In this document: positions 22,361 to 32,873 of the stretch, piece by piece
Position numbering within the stretch: position 1 is the first letter of the stretch
Layout of the letters: each line of letters begins with the position of its first letter
Origin: Candidatus Poseidoniaceae archaeon
GTDB lineage: Archaea; Thermoplasmatota; Poseidoniia; Poseidoniales; Poseidoniaceae
Reading direction: 5' to 3'
Assembly (NCBI GenBank): GCA_949373075.1
Contig: CASIBX010000008.1
Span: forward strand, 985 to 64,984
DNA length: 64,000 nt
Notes under the pieces: generated by a model
What the model was told of the DNA's origin: nothing
Database searches by the model: none
The model's input: only the letters and a program-made list of their open reading frames with translations
Translations under genes and position numbers: made by a program

Positions 22361-23536
22361 ATGGGACTGGGCAAGAAGAAAAAGAAAGGCGAAAATTTGC
22401 CACCTCCGCCGGGATTACCATCTATGCCAATGCCGCCACCTCCGGGCATGCCAATGCCTCCAGCACCTGGCCTTCCAATGCCACCTGGGCCGGGAATGCC
22501 ATTGCCACCAATGCCTGCACCACCAATGCCTGCACCGGCAATGCCTGCAATTCCACCAATAGCACCTTCATCACCTACCGCTCCTCCACCAGTTGTAACT
22601 CCTGCATCTAGCCCTACACCTATTGCCGCACCTCCTGTTGTGGCGCCGCTACCTGCAATCGAAGCACTACCACCTAGCGCTCCTCTTACCCCAATTGCTG
22701 TAGAAGAGCCAGAATCTAAATCATATTCTGGATTGTATGCGAAGAAAAGTGGAAAACCCCTCCAACAAGTCTATGGACACATAGAACGATTAAGTCAGGG
22801 TGAGATAGGTAGTCTTCTAGACAGATACTCTGATCGCTTCGGACATGAACTCGATAGAGACATCATCGTTATGCGTAAGGATGAACGTGATGATAAAATC
22901 GCTGAAATACGAGACTCCCCTACAGTTCAGTTACTCAATGAAGAAGTGGAAGAGGAAGGTCACCTTGATGCTGATACCTTGGTTGAATTAAACACTCAAC
23001 TTAAAACGGTAGAAGATGAATTAAGAAGAATCAAGCCAGAATACCAATCAGCCAAAAAAGATGGTGACCGAGAACTACTACGTGAATTGCGTCCTTCTTT
23101 GGAAGCACTAATGTCTGAAAGGAAATTATTGATAGCGGTAATTTCGGGAGAGGCAGAATTGGATGAATTAATTCAAGCAGATTCTGACGAAGACGATGTA
23201 GAGTATGAAGCCGAAGTCGACGAGGAAGAATCTGAAGGCGAAGTTTATGATGAAGATGATGAAGAAGAAGACTACTTCCCCACCTTTGTCTCGATTGTAG
23301 ACAGCTTGTTGGGTGATCTTCCTGGTGACAAAGTTACAGAGTTCACTCAATCCACTGGTTTTGAAGTTTATCGAAACGTAGCATCTTCTCCTGAAGATGC
23401 AGATGATGATGATAGGGCAGAATTCTTCACTATCGTTGATAAATTACTAGGTGGAATGCCAAATGATGCTGTTAGAGAATTTACTCAATCTGAAGATTTC
23501 GAAGTATATCGGATAGTTGGAGCAATATACAGTTAG
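22361..23536 (+). CDS. Hypothetical protein: Pro-rich N-terminus, coiled coil, acidic region, duplicated C-terminal module
   Basis: GAGGTG RBS; PPPPGMPMPP repeats; two similar IVD.LLG..P.D.V.EFTQS..FEVYR.V units. Confidence 0.8.
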   Translation: MGLGKKKKKGENLPPPPGLPSMPMPPPPGMPMPPAPGLPMPPGPGMPLPPMPAPPMPAPAMPAIPPIAPSSPTAPPPVVTPASSPTPIAAPPVVAPLPAIEALPPSAPLTPIAVEEPESKSYSGLYAKKSGKPLQQVYGHIERLSQGEIGSLLDRYSDRFGHELDRDIIVMRKDERDDKIAEIRDSPTVQLLNEEVEEEGHLDADTLVELNTQLKTVEDELRRIKPEYQSAKKDGDRELLRELRPSLEALMSERKLLIAVISGEAELDELIQADSDEDDVEYEAEVDEEESEGEVYDEDDEEEDYFPTFVSIVDSLLGDLPGDKVTEFTQSTGFEVYRNVASSPEDADDDDRAEFFTIVDKLLGGMPNDAVREFTQSEDFEVYRIVGAIYS

Positions 23537-23546
23537 GGTGAGGAAT

Positions 23547-24410
23547 ATGGGATTACTTGACAAAGTTGACAATCTTGATGATGAAAAAACAGTTAATACT
23601 GTAGCAAAGAAAGCACAACCCAAGAAGGCTGTAGCTAAGAAAGCAGTAGCAAAGAAGGCTGTAGCAAAAGCAGCCAAGCCAGCAAAGGCAGCCAAGCCAG
23701 CAAAGGCGGCCAAGCCAGCAAAAGCACCCAGAGAAAAGCGTATTCGCCCTTCAGGACTACCAGAAGGTTACGAATTAGCAGGTAAGATGCCCAGATACAT
23801 TGGATGGCTAATCAACTTTGCATGGAATTTTGGTTTAGCCATCGGACTGCTCGCAATTATGGCCACAGGATCACCCTCGGATTTGACATTACCAATCGCA
23901 GGGTCTTTGTTAATGATCATAGTAAACTGGATGGTCCTTCCTATATGGACTGGCAGAAACATTGGGGAGTTCGTTTCACGCTCTAAATATATTAACGGAT
24001 CAGGGAATAAACCGATACAGATTCATGCTGTTCTGAATAGTAGTTTAGGGTTCATGGGATTGATTGGTTTTATACTCATGTTCGTATATTTCCAAGATCT
24101 TGGTAAGAGTGGACTGGTTCCATTCATCATAGGTGCATTGATGATTGTCTTTTGGATTGTAAACTTCTTCCTGAAGAAGAACTCAGATTATTCCCAGGGG
24201 ATTTTCGATTTGGCTTTTAATTCATATCTGGTTAACCACGTGGCAACCGGAACTGAAACGGGATGGCTAGCAAGATTTGAATCCCTTGGTGACTTTGGTG
24301 ACAAGTGGCAAAAGAAGCAGGCTGAACGTCAAGAGAAGGCTGTAAAGAAAGCTGAAGAAAAGGCACAGGCTGTAGATGAAACCCCTGATGCCGACATATC
24401 AGAGGATTGA
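23547..24410 (+). CDS. RDD-like membrane protein with Lys/Ala/Pro-rich N-terminal tail
   Basis: KKAVA x3 and KAAKPA x3, then ELAG...RY.G.LIN, TGRNIG, QGIFD; about 4 TM. Confidence 0.72.
   Translation: MGLLDKVDNLDDEKTVNTVAKKAQPKKAVAKKAVAKKAVAKAAKPAKAAKPAKAAKPAKAPREKRIRPSGLPEGYELAGKMPRYIGWLINFAWNFGLAIGLLAIMATGSPSDLTLPIAGSLLMIIVNWMVLPIWTGRNIGEFVSRSKYINGSGNKPIQIHAVLNSSLGFMGLIGFILMFVYFQDLGKSGLVPFIIGALMIVFWIVNFFLKKNSDYSQGIFDLAFNSYLVNHVATGTETGWLARFESLGDFGDKWQKKQAERQEKAVKKAEEKAQAVDETPDADISED
23622..23726 (+). repeat. Coding tandem repeats, 15 bp x3 then 18 bp x3
   Basis: aagaaggctgtagct-like x3; aaggcagccaagccagca-like x3. Confidence 0.85.
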
Positions 24411-24412
24411 AT

Positions 24413-25348
24413 ATGCCTCGCCGACAGGCAGCATGGAGTGGCTATGCCATACTCTCGTTACTATTGATATCGGTAATCTCGATTATTTTCACACCATATG
24501 GTGTCATTTTGTCAATAGCAGCATCGCTGATAATTATTCATCAATTATTACTGAGAGTCATTTTTTCAGGACCTACTAGGAGAAGCCTTCCCTTTTCAGA
24601 CGAAAACTGGGATGTTGTCACAACTAAGAACGGCGAGGTTGATGTTTACGGATTCTTCAATCTACAGGATATGGATTCTGACCTAGTAGTATTTATTCAT
24701 GGTTGGCAATCATCGTCTGAGAAATTCGTTGATAGAATGAATATTTTCCGTTCTAAGGGATTACATACGCTTGCAATAGATATGCGCGGCCACGGAATGG
24801 CACCAAGTACAGATGAATGGACTGCTGGTAAAGTAATTCTTGATGTAAAGTCACTATTAGAATCAATTGATAGAACTAAAGTGAATAAGGTACATTTTTT
24901 CGGTCATAGTCTTGGAGCATTTATTTGCCTCGGTCTGCAAAATGATCGGCACACTGGATGGTGGAAAGATGATTGTTCGACTATAATGCTTGAGTCTCCA
25001 ATGGTTGCATACTCACCAATACTGGAACAGATGGCATCTCGAATATCCTTCATGATGCCACTATTGAAGAGATGGGCCGTTAAGGGATTCAATAGGATAC
25101 ACCCGGAAGTTGGGGGATTAGATTGGAGTGACATCGATATTCCAAAGTGGGGGCTACCTAACGTACCAACTCTGTTACTACAAGCAGCTAATGATTCAAG
25201 ACTTGGTCGAATTCATTACGACTTATTGTTAGAGCAGGATATTGAAATATACCCTCATTTAATAGATACTCTAACTCATTCAAAAAACAAAGTAAATCTA
25301 GAAAGAGATGAACTAATCCGGCAGTGGATTGACGAGAAGATTCTTTGA
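24413..25348 (+). CDS. Membrane-anchored alpha/beta hydrolase
   Basis: FIHGW, DMRGHG, GHSLG nucleophile elbow, D.RLG..H. Confidence 0.88.
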   Translation: MPRRQAAWSGYAILSLLLISVISIIFTPYGVILSIAASLIIIHQLLLRVIFSGPTRRSLPFSDENWDVVTTKNGEVDVYGFFNLQDMDSDLVVFIHGWQSSSEKFVDRMNIFRSKGLHTLAIDMRGHGMAPSTDEWTAGKVILDVKSLLESIDRTKVNKVHFFGHSLGAFICLGLQNDRHTGWWKDDCSTIMLESPMVAYSPILEQMASRISFMMPLLKRWAVKGFNRIHPEVGGLDWSDIDIPKWGLPNVPTLLLQAANDSRLGRIHYDLLLEQDIEIYPHLIDTLTHSKNKVNLERDELIRQWIDEKIL

Positions 25349-26419
25349 TCATTCTTCTTCGTTGATTATTGCCTGTTCTCGGGCTAGTTCACGCATATCT
25401 TCGTGCTCATCCAATTCGTCAACGATTTCTTCACCCAAAAGGGTTTCAATTACATCTTCCATTGTGATGATACCGGCAGTACCACCAAATTCATCGAGGA
25501 CAGCCAGGATTTGCACCTTGGACCCTAAGAATCGGTCCAGTGCTAAATCGACGCTATCATCCATGCCGATGGTAAGCAGTGGCTTTTTCAAGTCGAACAG
25601 AATAGTATCCCATTCGTCTCTAGAGGCCGCCATTAGTATGTCGGAGCGTAGTACGAACCCTGAGAGGGAATCAACCGATTCCGCATATACCGGCATTCGA
25701 CCAAACCTGAGTATTTTAGTTTCATCAAGAACTTGTCTTATCGTCCAATCATGGTCGAATGTCAAAGTTACAGTTCTCGGAGTCATTACATCCTTTACCG
25801 GTATCTCCCTCAATGCCAATAGGTTGTGAATTACTGCCTCTTCATCCTCATCGAGTTCACCTTCCTCTTCACTAATATCTGCCAATGCATGTAACTCATC
25901 TCTTGTGACAAGGGCGGTTTCAGCCTTTGGCAGAAGGCGCTTGAACCATAGTAGAGGGACGAAAAACGGAGAAAGCATCTTTGTCATCCCGGATAAGACT
26001 ACACCAGAAGGCCCAGATAGGAAACGCCAATACGCGGAACCTAATGTCTTTGGAATAATTTCAGATAAGAATAATACTGCAAGAGTAAGAATAATCGAAG
26101 CGATGGTTAATTGATCCTCACCCCATATCCTAGACACCTCTGCTCCAACACCAGCGGCACCCATTGTATGCGCAATTGTGTTCAAAGTAAGTATAGCAGT
26201 CAGCGGTTTGACCGAATCATCTTCCTTTAATCTAGCCCAACGAACACCATTCTTATCACCAGATTTATTGATGACGCTAACGTGGGATAAAGACATAGAT
26301 AGAAGCACTGCTTCTAGCATAGAACATAAGAAAGAAACTCCCAAAGCGAGAGAGGCATAAATGATTAGCATTGTGTAGTCTGCCATAGGGTTCGACGAAT
26401 CCTCGGCCAATCGGCCCAT
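25349..26419 (-). CDS. CNNM (DUF21) plus CBS domain protein (CorB/hemolysin-like)
   Basis: SFLCSMLEA, AILTLNTIAHT.GA, SEIIPKTLG, VMTPR, VLDEFGG..G.ITMEDVIETLLG.EI.DE. Confidence 0.92.
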   Translation of the reverse strand: MGRLAEDSSNPMADYTMLIIYASLALGVSFLCSMLEAVLLSMSLSHVSVINKSGDKNGVRWARLKEDDSVKPLTAILTLNTIAHTMGAAGVGAEVSRIWGEDQLTIASIILTLAVLFLSEIIPKTLGSAYWRFLSGPSGVVLSGMTKMLSPFFVPLLWFKRLLPKAETALVTRDELHALADISEEEGELDEDEEAVIHNLLALREIPVKDVMTPRTVTLTFDHDWTIRQVLDETKILRFGRMPVYAESVDSLSGFVLRSDILMAASRDEWDTILFDLKKPLLTIGMDDSVDLALDRFLGSKVQILAVLDEFGGTAGIITMEDVIETLLGEEIVDELDEHEDMRELAREQAIINEEE

Positions 26420-26506
26420 TTGAGGTGGCGAGTTCCATGTTCTTGAGGGTTACCAAAGTAATTTCATACATAGTACTCATGTAGTTCCGACTTTACGACG
26501 GGCTAG

Positions 26507-28741
26507 GTGACGCATGTGAGCGGTGAGCATGTCCTTGTTTGTGTTGCCTGGCCATATGCCAACGGGCCCCTGCATTTGGGGCACGTAGCGGGATGTTACC
26601 TACCTCCTGACATTCAAGCCAGATTTGAACGCTCAAGAGGTAACAAGGTGCTTATGGTGTCGGGCTCAGACGAGCATGGAACGCCAATAACGGTTGCAGC
26701 AGAAACACAAGGTGTAAATCCACAGGACATTGTCGACAAGTATCATGCTATGAATTCCAAAGCACTACTAGACCTTGGATGTAGCTGGGAGCCGAATATT
26801 GACCCAAGAGGTGCAGAATACGGTGGTTCTTTATTCAATAGAACTAGCGATCCTGAACATCACCAAATAGTGTCGGACAACTTCTTGTCTCTACTCAATG
26901 CCGGCTTATTCGAAAGAAAGGTAATGCAACAGTATTACGAGATTCGTGAAGACGGCGGGCGCTTCTTACCTGACAGGTATGTGGAAGGCGACTGTCCTAA
27001 TTGCGGTGAGAGTGGCGCTCGTGGAGACCAGTGTGATGAATGCGGCGTAACATATGAAGCTGCAGAACTCCAAAATCCAAAATCCAAAATGAATCCAGAA
27101 TGCGAAATAGAGATACGCGATACTGAACATTTTTTCTATCGCCTAGACTTATTCCAAGAACAATTGGAAAACCATGCTGCTGACAGACAAGATGTATGGA
27201 AATCAAATGTACGTGCAATGACAAAGCAGTGGCTTGACATGGGGCTAAGATCAAGAGCAGTCACTAGAGATCTAGAATGGGGTATTCCTCTTCCACTTGA
27301 AGGCGATGAATGGAACGGAAAGTGCATTTATGTTTGGTTTGAAGCGGTTCAGGGTTACTATTCATGTGCAAAACTTTGGTCTAAGCGTTATGCAGGAACT
27401 GATGATTGGGAAAAGTGGTGGAAGATTTCAGATGATGGCGTCAAACCGCGTCACCTATACTTCTTGGGTAAAGATAACATTCCATTCCATACAGTGATAT
27501 GGCCTTCTTTGATAATGGGTCTCAATCATGCTGCAAAAGGATTAGATTCCCAAGTACCTCCTGCATTGCCAGGCCCTGGTGAATTGAATCTAGCAGACAA
27601 TGTACCTGCCATGGAATATCTAATGCTTGCAGGAGGGCAATTTTCTAAGTCGAGGAAACATGCAGTATGGCTCCCTTCGTTTTTGGAACGTTTCGACCCT
27701 GATACTCTTCGTTATTATTTATCAATCAATATGCCGGAGAATCACGACACTGATTTCAACTGGCCCGATTTTGTTGAAAAAATAAATTCTGAATTAATTG
27801 CCGCATATGGGAATTTCGTACACAGAGTACTAACACTATCAGAAAGACTACCTGGAAGTAGAAAATTATCAACGTTTGAAAATTTAGATTATTGTGAAGA
27901 GCAAATGGGAAAACTGGAGGCTATTCATCTACAAGTAACTACCAGTCTAGAAAGGCACCGATACAAAGAGGCCCTAAGAGGTGTAATGAGTGCATCACAG
28001 TTGGGCAACCAAATGTTACAGGCAGCAACACCATGGAAGTTTTTGAAGGATTTGGATGCAGATGGCGCTGAAGAATCCATGGCTAGGCTTTCATTTGGAT
28101 GGAGAGTTTCACGTTTCATGGCCATCATGACACATCCGTTCTTACCATTTAGTGCTCAAAAATTGTGGGATGCTCTTGGAGAAGAGGGAGATGTTTCGCT
28201 TATCGCATGGGACTCAGCTATTGACTGGGAAGTTGAATTCAAATCTTCGTTAAATAATCCAGAGCCACTGTTCCAAAGACTTGATCTTGAAGAAATACTT
28301 GCTCAAGAAGAATCTTTAGCCAGCGAAAATAATAATTCCAATGACCTTACACATAGCGTGAAGGGTGGTAAAAAGACAAAGAAGGAGGAAATAGAAATGC
28401 CTGAAGGAACAACACATCTTAACTTTGAGACTTTCATGGAAGTTGAGTTAAGAGTAGGGAAAATAACTGAAGTAACAGACCACGATAATGCCGACAAATT
28501 ATTCGTAGTATCGATAGATGACGGTAGCGAAGATGGTCGGACGATTTGTGCAGGGCTAAAGGAGTATTACTCACCTGAGCAGATGGTTGGGAAATCGGTG
28601 GTATTTGTTGCTAATTTGAAACCGAGGAAACTGCGTGGGGTTATGAGTGAAGGTATGATGCTGGCTGCTGATGATGGAAAAGGTGGAGTGAAACTCGTCA
28701 CAATCGATGGCGAAATATCTCCTGGTTCAGAAGTAAGATAG
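26507..28741 (+). CDS. metG: Methionine--tRNA ligase with C-terminal tRNA-binding domain
   Basis: WPYANGPLHLGH, SGSDEHGTPI, CPNC/CDEC knuckle, GKDNIPFH, FSKSR, NLKPRKLRGVMSEGM. Confidence 0.97.
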   Translation: MTHVSGEHVLVCVAWPYANGPLHLGHVAGCYLPPDIQARFERSRGNKVLMVSGSDEHGTPITVAAETQGVNPQDIVDKYHAMNSKALLDLGCSWEPNIDPRGAEYGGSLFNRTSDPEHHQIVSDNFLSLLNAGLFERKVMQQYYEIREDGGRFLPDRYVEGDCPNCGESGARGDQCDECGVTYEAAELQNPKSKMNPECEIEIRDTEHFFYRLDLFQEQLENHAADRQDVWKSNVRAMTKQWLDMGLRSRAVTRDLEWGIPLPLEGDEWNGKCIYVWFEAVQGYYSCAKLWSKRYAGTDDWEKWWKISDDGVKPRHLYFLGKDNIPFHTVIWPSLIMGLNHAAKGLDSQVPPALPGPGELNLADNVPAMEYLMLAGGQFSKSRKHAVWLPSFLERFDPDTLRYYLSINMPENHDTDFNWPDFVEKINSELIAAYGNFVHRVLTLSERLPGSRKLSTFENLDYCEEQMGKLEAIHLQVTTSLERHRYKEALRGVMSASQLGNQMLQAATPWKFLKDLDADGAEESMARLSFGWRVSRFMAIMTHPFLPFSAQKLWDALGEEGDVSLIAWDSAIDWEVEFKSSLNNPEPLFQRLDLEEILAQEESLASENNNSNDLTHSVKGGKKTKKEEIEMPEGTTHLNFETFMEVELRVGKITEVTDHDNADKLFVVSIDDGSEDGRTICAGLKEYYSPEQMVGKSVVFVANLKPRKLRGVMSEGMMLAADDGKGGVKLVTIDGEISPGSEVR

Positions 28742-29371
28742 TCAAATCCTATCTTTTACTACATCCATTATTTTGCGAGATAATTTACGAGATTCTTCTA
28801 GGATTTCTGGGGCAGAGCTTCTGATTCCTGCCGCCATATCCTCTGGCAAACTACCAATGTTAATGTCGACATTGAATAGTGCGCCCTTACAGGCAGCACT
28901 AGCCAATAATCCAGCAACCCCTACGTCTGAAACAGCATTGGCATTTCCTTTTGAAGCTAAATCAGGCAGATGCCTTAACAATTCCAAAGCTAGTTTTGCA
29001 GTTTCATGTGGTATTTCAGTAGCGACAAGTGTAGCATTACGTATCGCATTACGCCGTGCATCTTTGTCTTCATCACTATCTTTTGGTAACTTGAATGATG
29101 CCATCACTGCATCAAAAGCATCACTATCCTCGTCGGCTAGTTCACCAGCCCGAGACATAATTCGAACCGATGACGTAAGTGCCTTTTCTGCAATACTCCA
29201 TCCATCTTGCCATTTCTCCTTACCTATTGTTAGATCACATACCATAATTGTCAACGCAGAGGCTTGTCCTAGTGCAATCGCTGCAGCGGTACCTCCGCCT
29301 GGTGTAGGAGAGGATGAGGCTAGAGCGGCTTGAAATTCACGTACAGACATTTCCATCCATGGTGTTTTCAT
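28742..29371 (-). CDS. Formiminotetrahydrofolate cyclodeaminase (FTCD C-terminal family)
   Basis: LASSSPTPGGG, DEDSDAF..VM....LPK, GNANAVSDVGV, A.FNV.IN. Confidence 0.9.
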   Translation of the reverse strand: MKTPWMEMSVREFQAALASSSPTPGGGTAAAIALGQASALTIMVCDLTIGKEKWQDGWSIAEKALTSSVRIMSRAGELADEDSDAFDAVMASFKLPKDSDEDKDARRNAIRNATLVATEIPHETAKLALELLRHLPDLASKGNANAVSDVGVAGLLASAACKGALFNVDINIGSLPEDMAAGIRSSAPEILEESRKLSRKIMDVVKDRI

Positions 29372-30399
29372 GATTCCACCCCACTTGCAAGCGCCCATTC
29401 GATTATTCTAGATTCAGATTCAAAGGGTGCGAGATGGTCGAGACCTAATCCGCGAATGGCTGCGTCTACTAATTCAGTCTCATCAGTACATCCCTCGTCC
29501 GCATACCATCTTCCCGAATCTAGCATAGCAGATAGTGGAACTAAGCCCACTAATTCAGAGCCGCATGTATTGATGCCATGATCATTAACAATAGATTTGA
29601 CCGCTTCAAAAGCGATATGCATAGGGGTCACAGAAACATCTCTCAAATTCATTGAAACTTGCGATATTCCGTGTGCGTCTAAAGGAAGGCCCATGCCTTG
29701 TACCATCGGTAACATCCCAGGTATTCTTGTTCTGCGTCCATCCTCTTTCTTCAAGAGTCTTCCAGTGGATCTAACCAATGAACCCGCTTTACGAGCAGCA
29801 GCAGCATCCTTTTCATCAACATTCACATTGTATGCGACTAGAATTTGCCTGGCACCAATAACCACTGCTCCGAATTTCGCAGTATTTTCGTTCCATATTG
29901 TAGGGCCATAATCGGGCAGGTTAGGACCTTGATTCCTCAATCTCTCTTCAAATCCTTCATACTGCCCCTTTCTCAAGTCAGATAGTAATTCTCTTTCTGG
30001 AGTTGCGGCAGCAGCGCCGTAAAGAAATGTACATAATTTGAGTTCAGAAGAAACCCTCTGAGCTAATTTATCCGACATTTTAGCACATTCATCCATAGTC
30101 ACTCCCTCCAGAGGAATAAATGGACAAACATCGACAGCCCCTATACGAGGGTGTTCACCCTTGTGATTTCGCATATCGATGTGTTCAGATGCACATTTGA
30201 TGACTCTGAAAGCGGCTTCAGAAACAGCATCAGGCTCACCCGCTATAGTTAGAACTGTACGATTGTAATCTCCATCTGGTTCAATTCCAAGGACTCTGGC
30301 CCCATCAATACCTCTTCCAGCATCACTAATCATTTTGATTAGGTTCTCGTCTCTGCCCTCTGAGAAATTCGGAACGCACTCAACAATTCTCTTCGCCAT
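29368..30399 (-). CDS. Glutamate formiminotransferase (THF-dependent)
   Basis: IVECVPNFSEGRD, D.DYNRTV, IDM..HKGEHPR.GAVDVCPF.P, R.GQYEG, GAR..LVAYN, SELVGLVP. Confidence 0.93.
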   Translation of the reverse strand: MAKRIVECVPNFSEGRDENLIKMISDAGRGIDGARVLGIEPDGDYNRTVLTIAGEPDAVSEAAFRVIKCASEHIDMRNHKGEHPRIGAVDVCPFIPLEGVTMDECAKMSDKLAQRVSSELKLCTFLYGAAAATPERELLSDLRKGQYEGFEERLRNQGPNLPDYGPTIWNENTAKFGAVVIGARQILVAYNVNVDEKDAAAARKAGSLVRSTGRLLKKEDGRRTRIPGMLPMVQGMGLPLDAHGISQVSMNLRDVSVTPMHIAFEAVKSIVNDHGINTCGSELVGLVPLSAMLDSGRWYADEGCTDETELVDAAIRGLGLDHLAPFESESRIIEWALASGVES

Positions 30400-30441
30400 A
30401 TTGCAAATTGCGAATCGACGACTGATGAACATTACCTAGAA

Positions 30442-31662
30442 TCAGCCATACAATGCATCAGGACTAGATGATAGTCCATTTGATTCACGCTTCTTTTTAA
30501 TCCTGTCAACAGCATGTAAAATGTCTTCTTGCATTACTTTCGAGCGGTTATCTCTAATCGCTATCATTCCTGCTTCAACAGTTGTTGCCTTTAGTTCAGC
30601 ACCGCTAAAACCTTCAGTCAATTCTACGATTTTAGCAACATTAATTCTCGATGTCGACATCTTTTTGAAGTGTATAGAAAGAATAGTTTTTCGGCCAGTA
30701 TCATCTGGAAGTGGAATCTCAATAATACGATCAAACCTACCTGGCCTCAATAGCGCATCATCAAGGATGTCAGGGCGATTTGTCGCTGCAATTATCTTAA
30801 CGTCTTCCAAGGAATCAAATCCATCTAGCTCCGCTAATAGTTGCATAAGGGTACGTTGTACTTCTCTATCGCCGCTTGTTGCTGAATCGAGTCTTTTAGC
30901 CCCAATTGCATCAATCTCATCAAGGAAAATAATCGATGGGGATTTATCTTTTGCCAGCGAAAACAATTCTCTGACCATACGCCCACCCTCTCCTATGTAT
31001 TTCTGCGCCAATTCCGAGCCAACCATACGGATGAAGGATGCATTAGTATGGCTAGCAACAGCCTTGGCCAACATTGTCTTGCCACACCCTGGCGGTCCGA
31101 CTAAGAGTATACCCTTTGGGGGTTCAATCCCAACCTTCCTGAACAATTCAGGCTTTTCGAGTGGTAATTCAATAGCCTCACGGACCTGTAAAATCTGTTC
31201 ATCCAATCCACCAACACTCTCGTAAGTGGTATTTGGTTTCTCCATCACTTCTGCACCAGATACCATCGGATCCCAGGCGTCATGTAGGATTTCAATAATC
31301 GACAATGTATCTTGGTTTAGTGCAATACGAGTACCCGGGCGTAATTTATCGACATCTAGTCTTTGGTTAATCGATACTTGAAACACCGTACCATTAGATG
31401 AGCGTACAATTGCCCTTTCATCATCCAAAATATCTTGAAGATGACCAACTATCAGTGGTGGGCTCTTTAGGATTCTTACTTCTTCATCTAATCTACTTGC
31501 TCGTTTTTTAATATTAGCAAGGTCATTTTCTAAATGTACGCGCTCAGATAACAGCCTCTGAGCCTCGTCCTGTAATTCCTTGTAATCCTTCTCCAAGGCT
31601 TTCAAATCCGAATCGTCAGAAACCAATGGTTCTGATGCGCCGCTGTCAACTTCGGTTCCCAT
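30442..31662 (-). CDS. pan: Proteasome-activating nucleotidase
   Basis: Coiled coil plus OB domain, GPPGCGKT, KYIGEG, LDEIDAIG, GDREVQRT, ATNR.D.LD.ALLRPGRFDR. Confidence 0.96.
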   Translation of the reverse strand: MGTEVDSGASEPLVSDDSDLKALEKDYKELQDEAQRLLSERVHLENDLANIKKRASRLDEEVRILKSPPLIVGHLQDILDDERAIVRSSNGTVFQVSINQRLDVDKLRPGTRIALNQDTLSIIEILHDAWDPMVSGAEVMEKPNTTYESVGGLDEQILQVREAIELPLEKPELFRKVGIEPPKGILLVGPPGCGKTMLAKAVASHTNASFIRMVGSELAQKYIGEGGRMVRELFSLAKDKSPSIIFLDEIDAIGAKRLDSATSGDREVQRTLMQLLAELDGFDSLEDVKIIAATNRPDILDDALLRPGRFDRIIEIPLPDDTGRKTILSIHFKKMSTSRINVAKIVELTEGFSGAELKATTVEAGMIAIRDNRSKVMQEDILHAVDRIKKKRESNGLSSSPDALYG

Positions 31663-31771
31663 ATTGTAAGTCCTACAGCCGTCCTTCTTGAAATATCCGT
31701 GTATATTGCATCGATTCTGTCTTTACGAAGCCTTGATGAAGCACCGCCGTGACAACGGCTCGGGTGGCATT

Positions 31772-32272
31772 ATGGCTGACTGTGAATTGTGTGGAGCGAT
31801 GAAGGTTGGAACGATTAATGTCATGATGGGTAAAGCTCAGGTGCAAGCCTGTAAACGCTGTTCTGACAAGATGGGACTTGAACCGAAAAAGATGGCACCT
31901 GGCCTCTCACAAGCACGTTCCAGCCCTAGCCCGACATCAGGTGGCTACGGCGGTATTGGGCGTAAAGGTAAGGACATCATGCTAAGGGGCGAAAAAGAGT
32001 TAGCCTCTGATTTCTCAAGAAGAGTATCAACTGCCAGGACTGATAAGGGCTGGGACAAACGTGAATTAGCACGTCGGATGGCTGAAAAAATCAATATCAT
32101 TAACAATGTCGAATCTGGTAAAAGACCAACAGATGCTGTAATTAGAAAATTAGAGAGGGCACTAGACATTACGCTGATGGTTGATGCAAGTCCTGATGAA
32201 AACCGACATATCAATTCAGGTGATGGCAGGGGCCTTACATTGGGCGATTTCCTACTTGACGGTAAGGATTGA
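31772..32272 (+). CDS. mbf1: Archaeal multiprotein bridging factor 1 (Zn ribbon plus HTH)
   Basis: CELCG...CKRC, ELARRMAEK...I..VESGKRP....IRKLERAL.I, LTLGDF. Confidence 0.88.
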   Translation: MADCELCGAMKVGTINVMMGKAQVQACKRCSDKMGLEPKKMAPGLSQARSSPSPTSGGYGGIGRKGKDIMLRGEKELASDFSRRVSTARTDKGWDKRELARRMAEKINIINNVESGKRPTDAVIRKLERALDITLMVDASPDENRHINSGDGRGLTLGDFLLDGKD

Positions 32273-32276
32273 TACT

Positions 32277-32822
32277 ATGCGCAATGTAATACCAGTACAT
32301 GCAATATGGCTGGCGCAAGATGACCCTAAGAAAAATACAGCCGTGAGATTATCCAAGAGAGGAGATCTCAAACTGCATGAGAAATTCAACAAATTGCCAA
32401 GACGTGGAATAATACTGGAGCCACTTTGTGGTAAGGTTCTGGGTCCCGAAGACCATGGTTTACTGCTAGAACAGGGAGGTTCTTTGGTCGGATTAGATTG
32501 TTCATGGGCGCACATAGAAGATTCTGTATCACAAGTCATGAAGAAAACTAATCTCCAAGGGAGGATGTTACCCTTGCTATTGGCTGCTAATCCGGTGAAT
32601 TGGGGGAAGCCTGGTAAAATGACTACTGCGGAGGCCCTTTCTGCATCATTATATTTGATTGGGAAAGAAGAGCAAGCTAGGAAGTTGCTGTCTGCATTTA
32701 GATGGGGTGAACAATTTTTCATATTGAATAAAGAGCCACTAGATGCGTACAGTGCTGCTAAATCTTCCAAAGAGCTAGTCGAACTTCAGTTCGAATTCTT
32801 TGATATCGAGAGACCTGAGTGA
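32277..32822 (+). CDS. tsr3: rRNA aminocarboxypropyltransferase Tsr3
   Basis: QDDPKKNTA, LDCSW, R.LP.L.AANPVN.GKP..MTTAEAL, FRWGEQF. Confidence 0.92.
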   Translation: MRNVIPVHAIWLAQDDPKKNTAVRLSKRGDLKLHEKFNKLPRRGIILEPLCGKVLGPEDHGLLLEQGGSLVGLDCSWAHIEDSVSQVMKKTNLQGRMLPLLLAANPVNWGKPGKMTTAEALSASLYLIGKEEQARKLLSAFRWGEQFFILNKEPLDAYSAAKSSKELVELQFEFFDIERPE

Positions 32823-32873
32823 GAGAGTTCTGTGATGCCAAGGAATATGGAGTGGTGACTTCGTAATTACATC

